This document shows, in pieces, positions 16,031 to 23,587 of a stretch of 24,000 bases of DNA. The notes below the pieces were generated by a model. The model was not told where the DNA came from. It saw only the letters and a program-made list of their open reading frames with translations, and did not search any database. Position numbers and translations under genes: made by a program. Position 1 is the first letter of the stretch. Each line of letters begins with the position of its first letter. Source of the DNA: Candidatus Micrarchaeota archaeon (lineage in GTDB: Archaea > Micrarchaeota > Micrarchaeia > Micrarchaeales > Micrarchaeaceae); the NCBI GenBank assembly GCA_021789815.1, contig JAJYIZ010000001.1, positions 1-24,000 of the forward strand, read 5' to 3'.

Positions 16031-17689
16031 ATGGCAAAGGGGAGGAACATTAGCAAGAGGGAGGAGCTCGCCGTCACACTCATTGCCTTGCTCGCGCTTA
16101 TGACGGTTACCCGGGCCTATTATTATACAGGACCCATATTCGCAAACTCTCAAGACGAAGCAATCTATTTCAATCTTCTTTCTGGCACAGCGGTGTTCGA
16201 CCGGCCGTTCAATTTCACAGCCTACAGGAACGCGAACTTCAGCAACGCAACATCCGTCCTCTTCAACCCTGCCGAAGCTCACAGTTTCTACGTCGGCATG
16301 CTCTACCCGGAGATGTTTCTGCTTAAGACCTTCGGGTTTAGTCCAACACTTGCTATTTCCTATATAATACTCAATTCGTTGGTTGAGGGTGCGATGCTCT
16401 TCTTCATCGTAGACCTGCTGTGGAGCAGGAGGGCTGCCATAATAGGAGTTGTTCTGCTTGCATTCTTTCCTTTAGACGTGCTTTATTCCACGCATCTTCA
16501 GCCGCTCATCCCTATGGTGGCCATGCTGAGCGTCTCTCTGTATCTCTTCCTGCTAGCAGACAGGCGCATACAAAAAGAGAAGAGAAATGGAAAAATACTT
16601 TATCTCTTCTCTGGGTTCTTTGCGGGTCTTGCATTCCTTGTAAATCCGCTTGCACTCGCATTTCCGGTCTTCCTGACATTGCTTTTTGTATTCAGATTCG
16701 TAACAAAGAAACAGAAATTTAGCCACATGCTAGCGTATGGCCTTATATTGCTGGGTGCGTTTTCTGGATATTCGATAGCCGGTGTTGTTTTCCTTGCCCA
16801 GTCCGGGAATTTCCTGCTCTACCCACTAGCCTACCATGCAGTATTCCCGTACCAGATGCACACACAGGCTTACGGTACCTACAATATAACAAACTCTGTG
16901 CTTCTCGAATACACAGACGGCAGCCCGTTCTACTACCTGCCTGTGATATTTGACATGCCGCTCTACCAGTATCTTCCGCAACTGAGCTATTTCTCGATTC
17001 TGACGTATGTATTTGCGTTTGCTTGTGTAGTGTTATTCATCAGAAGAACCAAGCTCATTTACCTCTTCATACCGATGTTCATTTTCTTCTTCCTGTTCAT
17101 ACAGCTCTTCCCCGTAGCATTGACATACAGCAACAGCATCCTAAGAATCTACATAACAAACATGGAGCCATACGTTACAACAATTCTCACGCTTCCCATG
17201 ATTATCGTTGTGTCTATATTCCTCGATTCAACGCTCAAGATGAAAAGATCTTATTGGAAATACGCTGCTTATGCAATCATCCTTCTTATACTTGTATTCG
17301 ACGTTATTGATCTGAACAAGGACGTCGCGTTCTACAGGGACGCGATGTCGACGACAAATGCGTTTGCAGCCTACGTGACAGCCAACCCAAACGGAAGCTA
17401 CTTCTCTTCAAACTACCTCTCAGATGAGGTGAATGTGTACACATCTTACAGGTACAAGGTCTATGATATCTGGTGTAACCTGAGCAACGCTTACATGACA
17501 AGTAATTCGTATGTAGTCATCGGCGGCACAGCCAGCGTGGACCTATCGCCGGATGTGCTCGCAACGTTCAACACCTGTGCTGCAGCCAACCTGACCGGTT
17601 TTAGACTGGTATACACGTACAAGAACAGATTTGCTAATTACATTGGCTCGCAATATGCGCCAGACCTGGAGATCTTCCAGAAGAATTAG
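16031..17689 (+). CDS. GT-C fold membrane glycosyltransferase (PMT/ArnT-like, GT39/GT83-type)
   Basis: 552 aa. A polytopic membrane protein with the first-loop acidic motif 'SQDEAIYFNLL' (the DE..Y motif of dolichyl/undecaprenyl-phosphate-sugar-dependent GT-C enzymes). The C-terminal extracytoplasmic domain carries sequons. Confidence 0.6.
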   Translation: MAKGRNISKREELAVTLIALLALMTVTRAYYYTGPIFANSQDEAIYFNLLSGTAVFDRPFNFTAYRNANFSNATSVLFNPAEAHSFYVGMLYPEMFLLKTFGFSPTLAISYIILNSLVEGAMLFFIVDLLWSRRAAIIGVVLLAFFPLDVLYSTHLQPLIPMVAMLSVSLYLFLLADRRIQKEKRNGKILYLFSGFFAGLAFLVNPLALAFPVFLTLLFVFRFVTKKQKFSHMLAYGLILLGAFSGYSIAGVVFLAQSGNFLLYPLAYHAVFPYQMHTQAYGTYNITNSVLLEYTDGSPFYYLPVIFDMPLYQYLPQLSYFSILTYVFAFACVVLFIRRTKLIYLFIPMFIFFFLFIQLFPVALTYSNSILRIYITNMEPYVTTILTLPMIIVVSIFLDSTLKMKRSYWKYAAYAIILLILVFDVIDLNKDVAFYRDAMSTTNAFAAYVTANPNGSYFSSNYLSDEVNVYTSYRYKVYDIWCNLSNAYMTSNSYVVIGGTASVDLSPDVLATFNTCAAANLTGFRLVYTYKNRFANYIGSQYAPDLEIFQKN

Positions 17690-17692
17690 CTG

Positions 17693-18754
17693 TTAGAGCA
17701 TCTGCACTAGGTTGCCGACAAGCGACTGGTGTGCCTCACATGCGGTCCATTCGACGGGCTCTTTGCCATCCATTATCTCTTTCCTTACTTCCTCAGCTAT
17801 AGGTGTATGCCACAGGTTTGCGAGGTCGTAGTCGACATCGCGTATGTTTCCTATCTTCTTGTCCCACATTATCGATGGGTAAACATTCCCCCAGCTGTCG
17901 AGATAGAGCGAGGCGTCAAGCCCTCTTGACTTCATAGGTGGCTTTCCGCTCTTTGCGAATGTAATGAGCTTTCTCATGAATGCGTCTTCTATAAGGTGCA
18001 TCGGGTCGAGCAGGCGCTTCCTCTTTGAGTACATCTGACTTATCTCCATCGATGCCTCTTCGCCTATTGGGCTGACGCTCTGCGCACCGTTTTTGTAGTA
18101 CATCGATGATGTCTGCGCAAGGTTTATGTGGAAGTCCGTGTACTCTATATCTGGGAAGAACTTCTTTACTGACTGGAATGTCTGCTCGAACTGTCCAAGG
18201 TTTAGCCTGCTCATCGTATAACCAAAAACTGCGTCGAAGTTAGGATAATCCTTCTTTATGCCAAGCATCATCTTGTAGTTCTCCATCGCCTTGTCGAAGT
18301 TGCCTGGGATTCCTCTCAGCTTGTCGTGTAGTTCCCTGTGACCATCGAGGCTGACAGTCATTATGTACCTAGGGACTCCTAGCTCGAGTATGTCTCTTAT
18401 CTTACGCTCAACCATCTTCAGGTCGCAGAGCGAATTTGTGGGTGTTGTTACAACATAAAGATCCTTGCAGTTTTCTACAAAGGCCCTTGCAACCTCGACT
18501 ATGTCGCTCCTCAGGAATGGTTCCCCGCCCGTCAGGTTCACCCATCTAAATGAATTGTTCTTCTTTGTGAACGACCTTATCTCATCTATAGTAAGTTCTC
18601 CTTGTGGCTTCATCTGCCATATGGAGCAGATCATGCACCTGCTCTGGCACAGATATGTCATGCAGAAGTTCAGCTTGTAGGGCTTCTGCAGGCTCGTAAA
18701 ATTGGATTTGAGAGCCGTAGCAGCTAGTCCAAATAGTTTTCCCCCACCAGCCAT
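17693..18754 (-). CDS. Radical SAM protein with a cysteine-depleted SPASM/twitch-like C-terminal region
   Basis: 353 aa. CX3CX2C cluster motif 'LCQSRCMICSIW' and SAM-binding 'NLTGGEPFL'. The C-terminal 'LYLDSWGNVYPSIMWDKKIGNIRD...LANLW' looks like the SPASM beta-hairpin/'lGNi' block. The usual auxiliary-cluster cysteines are absent except one (WTACEAH). Confidence 0.7.
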   Translation of the reverse strand: MAGGGKLFGLAATALKSNFTSLQKPYKLNFCMTYLCQSRCMICSIWQMKPQGELTIDEIRSFTKKNNSFRWVNLTGGEPFLRSDIVEVARAFVENCKDLYVVTTPTNSLCDLKMVERKIRDILELGVPRYIMTVSLDGHRELHDKLRGIPGNFDKAMENYKMMLGIKKDYPNFDAVFGYTMSRLNLGQFEQTFQSVKKFFPDIEYTDFHINLAQTSSMYYKNGAQSVSPIGEEASMEISQMYSKRKRLLDPMHLIEDAFMRKLITFAKSGKPPMKSRGLDASLYLDSWGNVYPSIMWDKKIGNIRDVDYDLANLWHTPIAEEVRKEIMDGKEPVEWTACEAHQSLVGNLVQML

Positions 18755-18773
18755 TGCAATTACTCTAACGTTG

Positions 18774-18786
18774 AAATATTTAAACC
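18774..18786 (-). promoter_or_regulatory. TATA-like box (AAATATTTAAACC on the plus strand) for the radical SAM gene, predicting a leaderless mRNA
   Basis: Lies in the 37-bp carS/radical-SAM spacer, centred about 26 bp upstream of the ATG at 18754. Confidence 0.4.
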
Positions 18787-18791
18787 TACTT

Positions 18792-19298
18792 TTACCATGG
18801 AACCTTCTTGATTTTCAGCCTGTGAGCGCCCATGTTTGTTAATATGTGCAGTATTCCGGTAAGTGCAATCAGAAATATTATTCCGTAGAAGCTTGGAAGA
18901 TGCCCAAGGGGTGCTGCAAGCAACATAGCTACGACAAAGAATCCATACTGATCGAGCAGAAGAATGCTTCTTCCAGAAGGCACCCCCGCCTGGCGTTTCA
19001 CAAAGCTTCCGAGCAGGTCTCCTATGTTAGCCCCTATTGTCAAAAGGATTGCAATCGGCAGCATGAAATGTAGAAATGGATACTCAATCAAACCAACAGC
19101 AACACCGCATATTATACTGGCTACCGTTCCCTTGATGCTCTTGTGAGGTCCAAATATTCTCCTTCCTGCAATCTTCTTGTTGAAATCAAGTGGTCTTCTT
19201 CCACCGCCAAAAAGAACCGGGGCGCCGTTCGCGACATATGCCGGGAAGATGTAGATTATTGGATAGAGTATGATTGCGTAGAGCAACTGATATAACAA
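18792..19298 (-). CDS. carS: CDP-archaeol synthase (CDP-2,3-bis-O-geranylgeranyl-sn-glycerol synthase)
   Basis: 168 aa and polytopic. 'FPAYVANGAPVLFGGGRRPLDFNKKIAGRRIFGPHKSIKGT' matches the conserved CarS/DUF46 signature (PAYvANg.PVl.GGG.P.D.g....dGrRi.G..KT..G). Confidence 0.85.
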   Translation of the reverse strand: MLYQLLYAIILYPIIYIFPAYVANGAPVLFGGGRRPLDFNKKIAGRRIFGPHKSIKGTVASIICGVAVGLIEYPFLHFMLPIAILLTIGANIGDLLGSFVKRQAGVPSGRSILLLDQYGFFVVAMLLAAPLGHLPSFYGIIFLIALTGILHILTNMGAHRLKIKKVPW

Positions 19299-19309
19299 CT
19301 GAACACCGA

Positions 19310-21304
19310 TTAATGGAGAATCGAGAATGTTACGAATATTGGCGCAAGGAGTATCGATATTGTGCTGACTACCTTTATCATCGAGTTGAGCGACGGTCCA
19401 GCTGTATCCTTGAGCGGATCTCCAAGCGTGTCACCGACTACAGCCGCTTTGTGCGCATCGCTGCCCTTGCCACCGAAGTTTCCTACCTCTATGTACTTCT
19501 TCGCGTTATCCATTGCGCCGCCGGCGTTGGCCATGAATAGCGCAAGGACGAAGCTCGCCGGTATCATTCCGACAAGAAGCCCTCCCAATGCAGCTTTACC
19601 AAGTACAAGTCCAACAAGTATTGGTGTGAGTATAGCAACAAGTTCCGGAACAACAAGCGACTTTAGCGCATTGACAGTTGCGATGTCAACAGCACGTGCA
19701 TAGTCTGGCTTAGCCTTTCCTTGCATGAGTCCCTTTATTGACTTAACCTGGCGTCTTACCTCTTCAACCATCATGTTAGCCGCATGTCCAACAGCTTCCA
19801 TGAGGAAGGATGAGAAGACGAATGGCAGAAGTGCACCTATGAATATACCGGCTGTTACAAGCGGGCTTAGCGCATTGAGTGTTGGAAGCCCGACCGCCTG
19901 TGCGAATGCTACGAAAAGTGCGGTGGCGGAAAGCGCTGCTCCACCTATCGCGTAACCTTTTGTAGTTGCCTTTGTTGTGTTTCCTATCGCGTCGAGCTTA
20001 TCGGTTATCTTCCTTATGCTGTGCGGAAGTCCGCTCATCTCAGCGATTCCGCCAGCGTTGTCCGTTATAGGACCGAATGAATCTATTGTAAGTATCGTTG
20101 CTGTAAGCGAGAGCATTCCAACTGCAGCTATTCCTATTCCGTAGACACTCTGAGTGACCCCAAAGCTGATCAGTATTGCTGCTACAACGACTATTACTGG
20201 GAGCCATGTGCTCCTCAATCCAACAGCGAGGCCCATTATCACGTTTGTGCCTGCACCTCCTTTTGCAGCTGTAGCAATCTTCACAACAGGCTTGCTCTCG
20301 TTGCCTGTGAAGTAGTCTGTAATCCAGAATATCAGTATTGCAAGCACAAGTCCAGAGAGAACTGCAATGTAATCGTTGAACGGCATCTTCATTACTATTG
20401 TTAGTATCAGGTCAAAGATCGCTGTTATCACTACTGAAGCTAGTATGCCCGCGTATAGAGCGCGTATTGCGTTGCCCTTCCTTGCTCGCATGAAGAGCAT
20501 AGCAAGCAGGCTTCCTACTATTCCTGCTGCAGCGAGCAGGAGCGGATACGAGAAGAGATGGCCTGTTGTGCCTATTCCTGCAGCAATCAGAAGCGCTGCA
20601 ACAAGCGTAACAGCATAACTTTCAAACACGTCAGCGCCCATACCTGCACAGTCTCCTACATTGTCTCCAACGTTGTCTGCGATTACGGCAGGGTTCCTTG
20701 GGTCATCTTCAGGCAATCCCAATTCTGTCTTGCCAACAAGGTCTGCACCGACGTCTGCAGCCTTGGTGTAGATTCCACCGCCGACCCTGGCGAAAAGTGA
20801 TATAAGAGATGCGCCGAATCCGAATCCTATGAGTATTGCAACATTAGATATTGTAAGGTACATCAGTAGCAGGCTTATTCCTATAAGACCGAAACCGACA
20901 GCAGAGAATCCTGTGACAGATCCACCTATTATCGCTGTTCTGAATGCCTGCTCTGCTCCCTTTTCTGCGCTCTTTGCTGTTCTGACATTTGCCCTAACAG
21001 AGACATTCATTCCTATATATGCTGTAAGATATGAAGCAATTGCGCCTGTTGCGAACGCCAAATCAAGCTGTGGGCCGTTATGCAGGAAGAAGAATATTAT
21101 TGCAAGTATAACTCCAAAGATTACTATTGTCTTTAGTTGCCTGTTGAGATATGCCTTGGAGCCAGCCCTTATGGCGAGGGATATCTCCTTCATCTTCTCG
21201 GTTCCTTCAGGCTTCTTCAGCGTTGACATCGCGGCCCAGGCTGAGAATAGAAGTGCAAGTATTCCTGCTGCTAGAGTGTACATGTAGAATGACATGATCC
21301 CCAC
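19310..21304 (-). CDS. hppA: Membrane-bound proton-translocating inorganic pyrophosphatase, K+-independent type
   Basis: 664 aa with about 16 TM helices. Signature blocks present: 'GGIYTKAADVGADLVGK', 'DNVGDNVGDCAGMGADVFESY' and 'DTLGDPLKDTAGPSLN'. The 'GNTTKATTKG' motif has Lys/Thr at the positions that distinguish K+-independent enzymes. The ORF opens with GTG at 21304 and the first ATG is at 21295. Confidence 0.93.
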   Translation of the reverse strand: MGIMSFYMYTLAAGILALLFSAWAAMSTLKKPEGTEKMKEISLAIRAGSKAYLNRQLKTIVIFGVILAIIFFFLHNGPQLDLAFATGAIASYLTAYIGMNVSVRANVRTAKSAEKGAEQAFRTAIIGGSVTGFSAVGFGLIGISLLLMYLTISNVAILIGFGFGASLISLFARVGGGIYTKAADVGADLVGKTELGLPEDDPRNPAVIADNVGDNVGDCAGMGADVFESYAVTLVAALLIAAGIGTTGHLFSYPLLLAAAGIVGSLLAMLFMRARKGNAIRALYAGILASVVITAIFDLILTIVMKMPFNDYIAVLSGLVLAILIFWITDYFTGNESKPVVKIATAAKGGAGTNVIMGLAVGLRSTWLPVIVVVAAILISFGVTQSVYGIGIAAVGMLSLTATILTIDSFGPITDNAGGIAEMSGLPHSIRKITDKLDAIGNTTKATTKGYAIGGAALSATALFVAFAQAVGLPTLNALSPLVTAGIFIGALLPFVFSSFLMEAVGHAANMMVEEVRRQVKSIKGLMQGKAKPDYARAVDIATVNALKSLVVPELVAILTPILVGLVLGKAALGGLLVGMIPASFVLALFMANAGGAMDNAKKYIEVGNFGGKGSDAHKAAVVGDTLGDPLKDTAGPSLNSMIKVVSTISILLAPIFVTFSILH

Positions 21305-21331
21305 TGAGAACAGAAAGGTTTGCCATCAAAG

Positions 21332-21342
21332 CTTTAAAAAGG
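21332..21342 (-). promoter_or_regulatory. TATA-like box (CCTTTTTAAAG on the minus strand) upstream of hppA
   Basis: Lies in the 47-bp Nudix/hppA spacer, centred about 33-42 bp upstream of the candidate starts. Confidence 0.4.
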
Positions 21343-21351
21343 TTTTGTGGG

Positions 21352-21777
21352 TCAGAGCTTGTCTAGGAAGATTTTAGGATATTTGAAGCTTAGCAGTTTC
21401 TTTGCCTCTTTCATAGTGGCCCATTTGTAATCATCATGCTCTTCGCTAAGCTTTATTCTTGAGCCTGCAGGTATTTCGCAATCAAATATCAGAAGCATTA
21501 GGCCTGGTTTTCCGTACCTCGGGTGCATCTTGAAGTAATTCGAAATTGCAGCGTCCCGAAGACCAAGAACTTTGAAGCGTTTTATCCCTGTTTCCTCATC
21601 AAGTTCCCTTTTTAGCGTCTCGGTTATTCCTTGGTTTGTTATTCGCCCACCAGGGATATCCCAATGGACAGGCCAACGGCCGTCTGCCCTATCGGGCGTT
21701 GCCTTTAGAAGGAGCACCCTCCCTTTGCTGTCCTTGATAAATGCTTTGACACCTACCTGGAAGAACCTCTCTTTCAT
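21352..21777 (-). CDS. Nudix hydrolase
   Basis: 141 aa. Nudix box 'GGRITNQGITETLKRELDEETGI' = G-x5-Q-x7-RELxEExGI, so the first conserved Glu is Gln here. The start codon directly abuts the alaS stop with a 0-nt spacer. Confidence 0.8.
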   Translation of the reverse strand: MKERFFQVGVKAFIKDSKGRVLLLKATPDRADGRWPVHWDIPGGRITNQGITETLKRELDEETGIKRFKVLGLRDAAISNYFKMHPRYGKPGLMLLIFDCEIPAGSRIKLSEEHDDYKWATMKEAKKLLSFKYPKIFLDKL

Positions 21778-23577
21778 TTACTCAACAGTAGCTTTTATTC
21801 TCCGTACACCGGCTGCAACGGCTTCCTGCTTTATTATCTTAAAGCTTTTGAGTTCGCGCGTGTTCTTCACGTGCGGTCCTCCGCATACCTCTCTGGAGTA
21901 GACCTTGCTGCCTTTTGAGATGGTATAGACCTTCACGTTCTTTTCGTACCTTGCTTCGAATATGCCCTGCGCACCTGCCTTCTTCGCATCTTCTACACTC
22001 ATGATCTCAAACGACACGTCTGCTTCTGCCTTTATTACTCCGTTCACCCAGTCTTCGATCTTTTTTATCTGCTCGTCTGTGAGTTTTTTGTCATAGTTGA
22101 AATCAAACCTTAATCGCTCCTTGGTTATGTTGGACCCCATCTGATATATCGATGGATCGACCACCTGCCTGAGCGCTTCGTTCAGTAAATGTGTAGCGGT
22201 ATGCAGTTTTGTTGTTTCTTCGCTGTGGTCTGCAAGTCCCCCCTTGAACTTCTGCTCTGCCCCTTTGCGCGAAAGCTCTTGGTGGGCTTTCATAAGCAAA
22301 TTGAAACCCCCTTGATCTACAGAAAACCCTTTCTCTTTGCACATTTCCACGGTAATCTCAAGCGGGAAGCCAAAGCTCTGGAAAAGGTCAAATGCACTTT
22401 TTGCATCGAGCATTCTTTGATTCGACTCCTTAATGGATTGCAGTCTCTTCTCAAGCTGGACCGTTCCGTTCTCGAGCGCTACCGAAAACTTCTCTTCCTC
22501 CTTTTCAAGCTCTTCGAATATGCGTGAACTGCTCTTTTTTATTTCTGGATATTGGTCGCCAAGCACATCGATTACTACCTGCGCGATCTTGTTGCAGAAT
22601 TCGCCCTTTATGCCGATAAGCCTTGCGTGCCTTATGCTCCTTCTGATGAACCTGCGGAGCACGTATCCCTGGTCGACATTGCTTGGAATAACGCCCTTGC
22701 TATCCCCCAATATCATGACTGCCGCGCGAATGTGGTCCGTTATTATGCGCGCATTCCGGTTTGTTTTTGTTGTGCCCTTTGCAGAGATTGCGATTACTTT
22801 ATCTAGAATCGGTGCGAGGGTATCGCACACATATACGTTGTCGGCGCCATTCAGCACAGCTACTGTTCGCTCGACTCCCATTCCGGTATCAACGTTCTTC
22901 TGCTTTAACTCTACAAACTTTCCATCAGCAGTTTTGTCGTACTGCATGAGCACATCGTTCCATATCTCGCAGAATGGGCCGGTGCTTGAAAGTTTCGAAA
23001 ACTCTTCTGTGCTTTTTTCTTGTATATCTTTAGTGTGGTAAAACATTTCGGTGTCTGGGCCACATGGACCAGTCTGACCAGCCGGACCCCACCAGTTATC
23101 TGCCTTTGGCAAAAAGTGGATTCTGTTTTTTGCTACGCCCAACTCTGCCCAGATGCGCGCAGTTTCTTCATCGCGCGGTGCGTCCTTGTCTCCAGCAAAA
23201 CAGGTGACACTAAACCTTTCGGTCGGTATCCTGAGTTCTTTCGTCAGGAACTCAAAACTCATCGATATTGCTTCTTCTTTGAAATAATCTCCTAGTGACC
23301 AGCTTCCCAGCATCTCAAAGAAGCTCAAATGCCACGAGTCTCCAACATCTTCTATGTCGTTGGTGCGGATGCACCTCTGCACGCTGCAAAGTCGTTTCCC
23401 GTGGGAGTGAGTCTCTCCAAGGAGGAACGGAACGATCGGGTGCATTCCCGCAGTTATGAACAGCACACTAGGGTCATTTTCTGGAATCAGCGAAGCGTTG
23501 GGTATGAGCTTGTGCCCCTTCTTCTGGAAGAAGTCTAGGTATCGTTTTTTTAGCTCAGTGCTTGAAATCATCCCCAC
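21778..23577 (-). CDS. alaS: Alanyl-tRNA synthetase, short bacterial-type form (catalytic, tRNA-recognition and editing domains; no C-Ala domain)
   Basis: 599 aa. The N-terminus is collinear with bacterial AlaRS: 'LDFFQKKGHKLIPNASLIPENDPSVLFITAGM', 'FFEMLGSWSLGDYFK', 'GPCGPDTEMFY', 'VDTGMGVERTVAVL'. Editing-domain zinc motifs 'HTATHLL' (HxxxH) and 'CGGPHV' (CxxxH) are present. The protein ends about 30 aa after CxxxH. The ORF opens with GTG at 23577 and the first ATG is at 23571. Confidence 0.9.
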   Translation of the reverse strand: MGMISSTELKKRYLDFFQKKGHKLIPNASLIPENDPSVLFITAGMHPIVPFLLGETHSHGKRLCSVQRCIRTNDIEDVGDSWHLSFFEMLGSWSLGDYFKEEAISMSFEFLTKELRIPTERFSVTCFAGDKDAPRDEETARIWAELGVAKNRIHFLPKADNWWGPAGQTGPCGPDTEMFYHTKDIQEKSTEEFSKLSSTGPFCEIWNDVLMQYDKTADGKFVELKQKNVDTGMGVERTVAVLNGADNVYVCDTLAPILDKVIAISAKGTTKTNRNARIITDHIRAAVMILGDSKGVIPSNVDQGYVLRRFIRRSIRHARLIGIKGEFCNKIAQVVIDVLGDQYPEIKKSSSRIFEELEKEEEKFSVALENGTVQLEKRLQSIKESNQRMLDAKSAFDLFQSFGFPLEITVEMCKEKGFSVDQGGFNLLMKAHQELSRKGAEQKFKGGLADHSEETTKLHTATHLLNEALRQVVDPSIYQMGSNITKERLRFDFNYDKKLTDEQIKKIEDWVNGVIKAEADVSFEIMSVEDAKKAGAQGIFEARYEKNVKVYTISKGSKVYSREVCGGPHVKNTRELKSFKIIKQEAVAAGVRRIKATVE

Positions 23578-23587
23578 ACCAAATAAA

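Noticed and set aside
15973-16083. A longer 195-aa version of the AAA-associated ORF starting at 16083, and the overlapping 91-aa ORF at 16007-16282.
   Set aside because: The extra 37 N-terminal residues (MSVTASSSLLLMFLPFAMRSS...) are not part of the domain. The extension would overlap the divergent GT-C gene start (16031) and remove any promoter space. The internal ATG at 15972 gives a clean domain start (MAKLFPT...). The 91-aa ORF is antisense to GT-C.
19362-21287. Several plus-strand ORFs (76-152 aa) antisense to hppA. Similar antisense ORFs lie over alaS (22189-23041), prf1 (3829-4318), serS (1850-2179), aglB (11571-12825) and the ABC genes (14224-15445).
   Set aside because: Each lies entirely inside a gene with unambiguous family motifs on the other strand. 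Their translations are low-complexity or Ser/Pro/Ala/Cys-rich with no recognisable domain.
21352-21777. The Nudix box with Gln instead of the first conserved Glu (G-x5-Q-x7-RELDEETGI), a possible sign of inactivation.
   Set aside because: The catalytic REUxEE core is intact and that first position is variable among active Nudix enzymes. There is not enough evidence to call it unusual.
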